A stretch of 41,666 bases of DNA from Lacisediminihabitans sp. (GTDB lineage Bacteria; Actinomycetota; Actinomycetes; Actinomycetales; Microbacteriaceae), in the NCBI GenBank assembly GCA_043758345.1, contig JAYVNU010000123.1, forward strand, positions 1-41,666. The letters are read 5' to 3'. A model generated the notes under the pieces. That model did not search any database and was not told the DNA's origin. It saw nothing but the letters and a program-made list of their open reading frames with translations. Within the stretch, counting starts at the first letter, position 1. Every line of letters starts with the position of its first letter. Shown here one piece after another: positions 35,212-41,666 of the stretch. Made by a program: the position numbers and the translations under genes.

Positions 35212-35804
35212 CGGTCGTCGCCGATCCGCACGCCCGCGAGCAGGAGCTCGAGGTCGGAGGAGAACAGCGGCACGAGTTCGAGATCCAGCGTGCGCCAAGT
35301 CAGCACGGTGTCGGTGTCGTCCATCCGACGCGCACAGGTGACCGTCGCCCACACGGCCCCGCCGTCATCCAGATCGAAGCGCGTCACGCGGATCCCGTCG
35401 CCGAGGTGATCGGGGAGATAGTCGACGACCGGCAGTTCGATCGGTTCGCCGCCTCTCGCGCCCGCTGCCTCGAGAAGATCCTGCGGCTCGTCGCCGATCG
35501 CCGAGACGACCACGATGACGGGAAGGGGCCAGCGCCCGGGGATCGTCAGCCCCGCGACGACATGATGATTGTGAGGGAGCGACGCGGAGAACTCGAGCAG
35601 GCTGTCGATGCCAGAGCTCGCCTCGAGGGGCGAGCCGGCGGCCACCGGAGTCTCGCCGAGCTGCGAATCGACGAACCCGAGCAGCTCGAATACCAGCGCG
35701 ACATCGGCCCGCCACGACGGCGCGTCGAACGGCGCCTTGGGCACCTCGAGCCAGTCGGGTATCCCGACGTCGAGCGACCAGGTCGCCGGGGCGATCGCGC
35801 TCAT
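35208..35804 (-). CDS. Hypothetical protein (candidate T7SS immunity protein)
   Basis: 198 aa 3' part of ORF 35208-36572, from ATG 35804 (ATGA overlap with the effector stop). Acidic, with IPDWLEVP near the N-terminus. Confidence 0.75.
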   Translation of the reverse strand: MSAIAPATWSLDVGIPDWLEVPKAPFDAPSWRADVALVFELLGFVDSQLGETPVAAGSPLEASSGIDSLLEFSASLPHNHHVVAGLTIPGRWPLPVIVVVSAIGDEPQDLLEAAGARGGEPIELPVVDYLPDHLGDGIRVTRFDLDDGGAVWATVTCARRMDDTDTVLTWRTLDLELVPLFSSDLELLLAGVRIGDDR

Positions 35805-37222
35805 ATCTTCGCCGTGGTGAGAGCGGCCTTCGTAGCCGACACCGAGTCGTTGTACGGGCTCGGCGGGTAGGACGCGATTTTGTTGATGTTCAGCATCCAG
35901 CCCGCGATGACGCGACCACCGTTCGCGAAGTGCCAGATCGGCTGAGCCTTGCTGCTGACGCCAAGCGTGCCGTTCGCGATGTCCTGAAGTTGTTTGTATT
36001 TGAGAGCCCGATCGACCGACAACAGTCGGTCCCACTTGTAGGTGCCCCCCAACACATCCTTGATCTTGCCGAGGTCGTTCGGGAAGTAGTCGGGGTGCTT
36101 GATATTCCAGAATTGCGGCTTGACCTTGAAGTCCTTCGCGATGAGGTTCTTCGCGTTGGTAACGTTCTTCAGGTTCGACGTGATCAGGTGGCGGTCGAGC
36201 TTGTTGATGCGGTCGATGGCCGTCTGCACCGGGATCTTCCCCTTGAGGGCCGAATTGAAGATCGCGGCGCGTTTGACGTCGACCTTCGCCGAGAACTTCG
36301 ACACGGTCGTCAACTGCTTCGCTCCGCTCGTTCCGATTTTGCCGAGCAGTGCGACGTGCGAGGTCTGCACGATCTTCGCGATCAGGGCACCAGAGCCGAG
36401 CAGCAGAATGCTCACCGCGCCGAGGATGACATCGAGCCAGGAGCCCTCCCCCATGGCGGCGAGCGCGGTGGATGCCGCGAGCGAAATCACTGCCACGACA
36501 AGACCGGCGAGGGCGAGGGCCGCGAGACCGGGGATGAAGAACGCGAGCACGGCGAGAGCCACCCCGATCCACATCAGCACTTTCACGAGGATCTTGAGGA
36601 AGCTCTTGAAGAACTCCTTGATCTTGTAGCTGAGGGTGTCGGTCAGCCCGTCATCCCAGGCGGCCCTGATCACGGTCGAGGCCGCTTTCCCGGCGTCACG
36701 GAACACGGAGAGCGCGTTTTCGAGGCGTACCTTGGCAGCGCCGGCCGCGTCACTCGCCTGGCCGATCGCCGAGGTGCGCTGGCTGATCTCGGAGGTCTCG
36801 ACGTCGGTCAGCGGCGGTGCGTCGGCCGGACGGTTCGCGCTCGGGTCGGCGAGGGCGTTCGAGGCCACCCGGGATTGCTCCGCAGCCTCGGCATCCGCCA
36901 GAGCTCTAGCCGATTCAGTGAGCGCTAGATCAAGTTGCGGTGCATACCCTTTCAGGGCATTTCCGACCGCTTCATAGCGACCGGATGCCTGTGCGAGTGA
37001 ACCGGAGACATCGCGGCTCCGCGAGCGCAGCGCATCTGCTGACCCTCCCTTCAGCTGGGTGGTGTCTCCGTCGCCGATCTTTCCGAGAATGGCCGCCTCG
37101 CTGCTGATGGTCTCGGCCATCGTTGCGTAATAGGCGGTCAGCTCGGCGATCCGAGCCGGATCACCACCGACCGGGTCTCGGCTGTGATCGAGGAATTGCC
37201 AGTTACCGGGACGAGCAGACAT
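35801..37222 (-). CDS. Putative T7SS-secreted effector (WXG100-like N-terminus, hydrophobic core, basic C-terminus)
   Basis: N-terminal RPGNWQFL...DPVGGDP and a helical LKGGSADAL...ASGRYEAVGNALKGYA, typical of actinobacterial T7SS substrates. Then 3-4 hydrophobic helices and a Lys-rich C-terminal region. Confidence 0.8.
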   Translation of the reverse strand: MSARPGNWQFLDHSRDPVGGDPARIAELTAYYATMAETISSEAAILGKIGDGDTTQLKGGSADALRSRSRDVSGSLAQASGRYEAVGNALKGYAPQLDLALTESARALADAEAAEQSRVASNALADPSANRPADAPPLTDVETSEISQRTSAIGQASDAAGAAKVRLENALSVFRDAGKAASTVIRAAWDDGLTDTLSYKIKEFFKSFLKILVKVLMWIGVALAVLAFFIPGLAALALAGLVVAVISLAASTALAAMGEGSWLDVILGAVSILLLGSGALIAKIVQTSHVALLGKIGTSGAKQLTTVSKFSAKVDVKRAAIFNSALKGKIPVQTAIDRINKLDRHLITSNLKNVTNAKNLIAKDFKVKPQFWNIKHPDYFPNDLGKIKDVLGGTYKWDRLLSVDRALKYKQLQDIANGTLGVSSKAQPIWHFANGGRVIAGWMLNINKIASYPPSPYNDSVSATKAALTTAKI

Positions 37223-37271
37223 GGTTTGGCCTTTCGAGACATATGGGAAAGCGTGTGGGCTGGACGCCGGG

Positions 37272-37562
37272 TCAGGTCGTCTCGGTGCTCAGGCTGTCGG
37301 AGAGCTTCTGCTCGGTGTCATTCCAGCCGGCGGCCATATCGTCGAGCTTCTGGTGCAGCTCGCCGACGGCGGCCGAGATGTGTTTGCGATGGATGCTCCA
37401 GTTGCCGGAGAAGTCCCCCATCGCGGACTTCACGTCCGACTCTCCCCAGACACCGGGATCCGCGCCGGCATGCTCATCTGTGTTGTCGAATTCGGTCTGG
37501 ATGGATGCGAGCTTTGCGGCGGATTCTTCGAGCACCGCTCTCGTGACGACCAGATCGGCCAT
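37272..37562 (-). CDS. WXG100-like (Esx) small helical protein
   Basis: 96 aa, predicted helix-turn-helix with central VWGES, FSGNW and a C-terminal WNDTE resembling the YxxxD/E export motif. Lies directly after the other esx gene. Confidence 0.75.
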   Translation of the reverse strand: MADLVVTRAVLEESAAKLASIQTEFDNTDEHAGADPGVWGESDVKSAMGDFSGNWSIHRKHISAAVGELHQKLDDMAAGWNDTEQKLSDSLSTETT

Positions 37563-37590
37563 GGGTTCACGTCCATTCCTGTCGTGGGAT

Positions 37591-37624
37591 GGCGCCGGAT
37601 GCTCCCCACGGGAGGTCCGGCGCC
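37591..37624 (-). terminator. Stable hairpin between the two esx genes
   Basis: GGCGCCGGA-TG-CTCCC-CAC-GGGAG-G-TCCGGCGCC, about 20 nt after the first esx stop. Confidence 0.55.
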
Positions 37625-37645
37625 GATCCGGTGGTGCCGAACGGG

Positions 37646-37942
37646 TTACTTGGACAGTGCCTTGGCCAGTTCGGAGTCGGTGCTTTCCAGGGCGTCGGCC
37701 GCAGCCGTGAGGTACTGGCTCATACCCTGGAGGCCTTGGATGGTCTTCGTGGCACCATCGTTGAATTCCTGGTACGAGGCACCGAATGCCACCGAGGATT
37801 TGTCGGTGACGTAGCCGCCGCCGATGAGGCCGTCGACGAGGGTCTTGAGCTCGCGGAGCTTCGACTCGATGTCCGACTCACCATTGTTGAGTCGGGTGGC
37901 AGCGTCGCGCATATCGCCGTATGTGACATTCAGATTGGCCAT
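37646..37942 (-). CDS. WXG100 family type VII secretion target (EsxA-like)
   Basis: 98 aa: MANLNVTYGDMRDAATRL...GYVTDKSSVAF...GLQGMSQYL...LESTDSELA. RBS AGGAG upstream. No Trp; the WXG turn is replaced by GYVT. Confidence 0.85.
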   Translation of the reverse strand: MANLNVTYGDMRDAATRLNNGESDIESKLRELKTLVDGLIGGGYVTDKSSVAFGASYQEFNDGATKTIQGLQGMSQYLTAAADALESTDSELAKALSK

Positions 37943-38092
37943 GATCTGCTCCTACGTGTTGAGGTGGGGCCTTCCTTTTCCGCGGAAGACTCTCTCACCC
38001 TACGAACCGAAACGGCCCCCGAACGGGGGAAGAACGGGTCGTTAGCCGATCGGTCAACGTCCGCACCAAATCGTTCGGCGGGTGGTAGACGC

Positions 38093-38821
38093 CTAGCGCG
38101 TCGTCAGCACGCCACGCACGAGGGCGACGGCGACGAGAGCGGCTCGGTTGTCGACCTTCCACTGTCGCATGAGCCGTGCGAGGTGCCACTTCACCGCCTG
38201 CGGACTGTAGTCGGTCGCCTCGGCGATCTGCTCGTTCGACTGGCCGGCCGCGACGAGCGCGAGCATCTCGATCACGGGGCTGCCGACCGTTCCCGTCACC
38301 GGCACGAAGGCGAGCGACACGCCATCGGCGGGGTCGCTCCGATCGCGTGAACCGAGGGGGGCGGCACCGCGGACATCCGCCCAGGACTCCGCCCAACAAG
38401 CGCCGAGTTCGCCCGCGATGAGGGCAGCCCGCCCCATCAGCACCGTGATGTCGCGCGCGCTCAGTCTGGTATCCCGAGCGTGGATGACCGCCCCGAAGAC
38501 CCGAAGCGCCGGGATGCTGCCCCGCAACACCACCGACAGCGGCACCCCGCACCCCCTCATCGCCCGCGCGGAGCGGCGGATCACCTCGAGGCTCGCCGGA
38601 TCGATGCGGTCGCCGGATTCCATCGAACGGAGAGCATCAGGAAGCACCGTCGGCACGATCTCGCGATAGCGCTCGAGCAGCCAGGGGCCGTGTTCGCCGA
38701 TCGAGCGGAAGCGCTCCGGTGCGAGCAACTCGGCGCAGAGTTCCTCGATCCGCTGCGAGAGGCCGAAGGCGAGAACGCGTTTGCCAGTCGGTGGTGCGAC
38801 GCTCGTGTGGCGGTCGGACAT
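38093..38821 (-). CDS. Transcriptional regulator with C-terminal LuxR-type HTH
   Basis: C-terminal LALVAAGQSNEQIAEATDYSPQAVKWHLARLMRQWKVDNRAALVAVA. The N-terminus is helical and not a receiver domain. Start ATG 38821 after a GAGGG RBS. Confidence 0.8.
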   Translation of the reverse strand: MSDRHTSVAPPTGKRVLAFGLSQRIEELCAELLAPERFRSIGEHGPWLLERYREIVPTVLPDALRSMESGDRIDPASLEVIRRSARAMRGCGVPLSVVLRGSIPALRVFGAVIHARDTRLSARDITVLMGRAALIAGELGACWAESWADVRGAAPLGSRDRSDPADGVSLAFVPVTGTVGSPVIEMLALVAAGQSNEQIAEATDYSPQAVKWHLARLMRQWKVDNRAALVAVALVRGVLTTR

Positions 38822-39004
38822 GTCAGTACCCTCGTTCGCGATCCGATGCATGTGAAGGCGAGTCGGGACGACCCGACCGGGCCGCGAGACCCTCGGATGC
38901 CCCGCCACACGCCAGCCCCACGGCCACCCATGTTCCACTCTTACGCCTCGAGTGCGACCTCGCGAGGGCGTCGAGGGGCGTCAGCCGCAGTCACGGCGTG
39001 ATGT

Positions 39005-39862
39005 TCACGAGGCGTTCACGCGCCCGTCGGAGAGAGCGGATGCGCGACGCGCCCTCCCCGCGGGGGAGACGGCCGTGAGCATCGCACCGACCAGTGCGAT
39101 CGCCGCGGTGAGCGGATAGTACCCGTAACCCCAGAGGAACGAGTGTGTCGGACTCTGTGAGAGCCCCTCGGCCGCCGACTCCATGAAATACAGCCACCAG
39201 AGCACGAGTCCGGCCGCCGCGATGATCACCAGATCGAGGCTCACCCCGCAGGACGCGATGATGCTCTGCACCGCGATCGTCGCCGCCGACACGGAGACAT
39301 CCAGCAGCGCGAGACCGACGAAGCTGGCGAGACCGAGCTCCGGTGGCAACAGGAGTCGCAGGATCCAGCCGGCCTGCACGACGACAATTCCTCCCGCGTA
39401 GCGGAGCGCCGTCGTGCGGCCGGCCGGATTCTCGACCGCCGCACGGATCCACTGCGAGACGAGGGCGATCCGCATGATGAAGCAGCCAAGGGTCACGCCG
39501 AAGAACTGTTGGTGTACGAACGCGCCCGGCACACCGACGGCGAGCACGAGCACGGCCATCTGCAGCATCGTGAGCAGCCGGTAGGAAACGTTGTCGCTGT
39601 CGTAGGCGGAGTCGAACCGGGTGAAAGTGATCCACGCTCACCAGATCGCCGAGAAGACCATGAGATAAGCAACCATGAGATGGGCGACCAGCCACGACTG
39701 CAACACGGTACCCGCGGCGATGCTGTGCGCGAGTTGCACCGCGACCTGGGCGACCGCGACGACGAAGGTCAGATCGAAGAGCAGCTCGCGGGGGCTGGAG
39801 ACCCGGTGCTACTCGTCGTGGTCGCGCCCCGTCATCCTCGTTCGGAGGCGAAAGCTCGGCAT
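39005..39862 (-). pseudogene. ltrA: Low temperature requirement protein A (LtrA), decayed
   Basis: From ATG 39862 the frame reads HRVSSPRELLFDLTFVVAVAQ...FSAIW*AWITFTRFDSAYDSD...LWWLYF...FLWGYGY. In-frame TAG at 39809-39811 and TGA at 39638-39640. The usual ERxGLFxIIVLGES segment and the C-terminus are missing. Confidence 0.82.
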
Positions 39863-39935
39863 GGTCGGCAGCTACTGGTCTCCTCCTCTGTCGGAGTGAC
39901 TCTTGAATGATCGCGATCCGGTTACTTCTTATCGC

Positions 39936-41117
39936 TCACCGCGCCAGTTCTTCGGCGATCGCATCGATGCCGTGCTCGACCTCCTCGAAGCTCGTCGAGA
40001 GCGGGGACATTCCGAGGCGGATGCCGGTCGGCCGACGAAAATCCGGGATGACGCCGCGCTGCCAGAGCCGGGGCATGATGCCCTCGAACGCCGGATGGTC
40101 GAGCGTCACGTGGCTGCCCCGCCGCTCGGGATCGCGTGGCGTCGAGAGGGTCGCTGACGGGAGGCGGGCATCCGCCAGTTCGATCGCATACTCCGTGAGC
40201 GCGACCGACTTCTCGCGGATCGTCTCGAGTGTCGCTTCGGCGATCAGGGCGATCGTGTCCCTCAGCGGAAGCATGCCGATGATCGGCGGCGTACCGCTGA
40301 GGAAACCGCGGATACCCTCCGCGGGCTCATACCCCTGCCCCATATCGAAGGGTTTCTTCGAGCCGAGCCAGCCCTGGATCGGCTGCCGCAACTGCGCCTG
40401 CAGATCGGATCGAACATAGGCGAACGCGGGCGCGCCCGGTCCGCCGTTCAGGTACTTGTAGCCGCAGCCGACCGCGAGATCCACATCGATCGCGTCAAGC
40501 GGGATGTCGACGACGCCCGCGGAGTGGCAGAGATCCCAGAGGATGAGCGCGCCGGCCGCATGCACGAGCTCGGTGATGGCCGGCACGTCGGCGAGGAAAC
40601 CTGACCGATACGCGATGCTCGACAGCACCACGAAGGCGGTCTTCGGGCCGATGACCCGCTCGACGCTCGCCGGGGTGACGTCGCCCTCGGGGATCCAGCG
40701 GAGGCGGCATCCGGTCTCCGCAGCAATCCCCTCGAGCACGTAACGGTCGGTCGGGAAGTTGTCGCGATCGATCACGATCTCGTCGCGGCCCGGCTCGGCG
40801 GCGCTCATCGCGGCTCGAACCAGCTTGTAGAGCAGCACTGTCGTCGAGTCGCCGATCACGACCTGGCCCGGTTTCGTACCGAGGGCAACGCGGCCGAGTT
40901 CGTCGCCGATCGCGAGCGGGAGGTCGAGCCATTCCTCGTCCCAGCCGCGGATGAGGCGGCCGCCCCACCGTTCGGTCGCGAACGCGGCGACCCGCTCGAC
41001 GGATGCCAACAGCGGTCGCCCGAGCGAGTTGCCATCGAGATACGCGACGACGCCGGGCGCCGCAACGAAGCGTTGCCGATACTGCGCGAGGGGGTCGGCC
41101 GCGTCGAGGGGATGCAT
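39936..41117 (-). CDS. kynU: Kynureninase (PLP-dependent, class V)
   Basis: Motifs YLDGNSLG, DSTTVLLYK, NFPTDRY, WDLCHSAG, GCGYKYLNGGPGAP and RGSHV. ATG 41117 lies 6 nt after a -10-like TAGGCT. Confidence 0.9.
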   Translation of the reverse strand: MHPLDAADPLAQYRQRFVAAPGVVAYLDGNSLGRPLLASVERVAAFATERWGGRLIRGWDEEWLDLPLAIGDELGRVALGTKPGQVVIGDSTTVLLYKLVRAAMSAAEPGRDEIVIDRDNFPTDRYVLEGIAAETGCRLRWIPEGDVTPASVERVIGPKTAFVVLSSIAYRSGFLADVPAITELVHAAGALILWDLCHSAGVVDIPLDAIDVDLAVGCGYKYLNGGPGAPAFAYVRSDLQAQLRQPIQGWLGSKKPFDMGQGYEPAEGIRGFLSGTPPIIGMLPLRDTIALIAEATLETIREKSVALTEYAIELADARLPSATLSTPRDPERRGSHVTLDHPAFEGIMPRLWQRGVIPDFRRPTGIRLGMSPLSTSFEEVEHGIDAIAEELAR

Positions 41118-41179
41118 CACGCCAGCCTACGATCCGCGGCATCCCGCCATCGCCGGGCCACCCGCCCGCGCGCTCTCTC

Positions 41180-41283
41180 TTTCATTATTCAGGAGGTGAT
41201 GGTGCAGCTGGGACGGATGTTGCGGAAGCGGTCACTCCAGCCACTCGGCCAACTCCAGTCCCGCGACATCCTGAATGATGAAA
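41180..41283. repeat. Family A palindromic element, copy 2
   Basis: TTTCATTATTCAGGA / TCCTGAATGATGAAA ends. The interior is nearly identical to copy 3. Confidence 0.85.
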
Positions 41284-41355
41284 ATCGATCTGCGGGTGCG
41301 GACGTGTCGCTCAGCCCACCGCGTTCGTCATGCCACCGACGCGAGGCGGTTGCCC

Positions 41356-41471
41356 TGGTGCTTTCATCATTCAGGAGGTGATGGTGCTGGCGCGACGGAT
41401 GTTGCGGAAGAGGTCACTCCAGCCACTCTGCCAACTCCAGTCCCGCGACATCCTGAATGATGAAAGCACCA
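41356..41471. repeat. Family A palindromic element, copy 3
   Basis: 21-bp perfect inverted repeat TGGTGCTTTCATCATTCAGGA / TCCTGAATGATGAAAGCACCA. Confidence 0.85.
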
Positions 41472-41539
41472 CGCCGACCCAAGCGAGCGACAACGGGCGG
41501 GACGGGATGCTCGGCGTGAGCTGAGCCGAATGCGGCGCG

Positions 41540-41666
41540 TCAGGCGCGCAGCTGCGCTAGCACCGCCGCGAGTTGATCCACGGCGAAGTCGAGATCCTCG
41601 GCCGTGACCACGAGCGGCGGGGCGAGCCGGATCGTCGAGCCGTGCGTGTCCTTCGCCAGCACCCCG
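41540..41666 (-). CDS. rocD: Ornithine--oxo-acid transaminase, 3' end only (truncated by window edge)
   Basis: Translated by hand: [41 protein letters not shown], the typical class III aminotransferase/RocD C-terminus. Not in the ORF track. Confidence 0.8.
   Translation of the reverse strand, partial: GVLAKDTHGSTIRLAPPLVVTAEDLDFAVDQLAAVLAQLRA

Noticed and set aside
39638-39811. Programmed stop-codon read-through (Sec/Pyl) in ltrA
   Set aside because: There are two different stops (TAG and TGA), the TGA replaces an expected Trp codon, and the gene also has deletions. Decay is the simpler explanation.
41180-41471. CRISPR array or tRNA/ncRNA genes in the doublets here and at 9872-10151
   Set aside because: There are only two ~100-bp units each, with terminal inverted repeats. 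No cloverleaf, T-loop GTTCGA or CCA end is present, so REP/MITE-like elements fit better.

Overview
High-GC actinobacterial chromosome segment; gene content suggests Microbacteriaceae, which is an inference. Left to right: GNAT protein, small membrane protein, lipoate-protein ligase, alpha/beta hydrolase, MarR-MFS pair, a circularly permuted ATP-grasp/alpha-E/transglutaminase operon, and an EamA exporter. Next is a complete LacI-controlled L-rhamnose uptake and catabolism cluster with an extra FucI/AraA-family isomerase and three visible operators. After it come a decayed catalase and a GntR/2-hydroxyacid dehydrogenase/LldD operon. A roughly 10.7-kb minus-strand locus (28113-38821) looks like a minimal, non-canonical type VII secretion system: LuxR-type regulator, two Esx-like proteins, a WXG100-led membrane-active effector candidate, three unknown genes, a ubiquitin-like/FHA/FtsK fused ATPase and a MinD-like ATPase, with no eccB/eccD/mycP or essA/essB/esaA in the window. 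The window ends with a decayed ltrA, kynureninase and the 3' end of rocD. Several families of 60-115 bp palindromic REP/MITE-like elements are scattered through it, and two palindromic inserts appear to lie in frame inside protein-coding genes. I found no rRNA, tRNA, CRISPR array, integrase or transposase. All product calls come from motif recognition by eye; no database searches were run.
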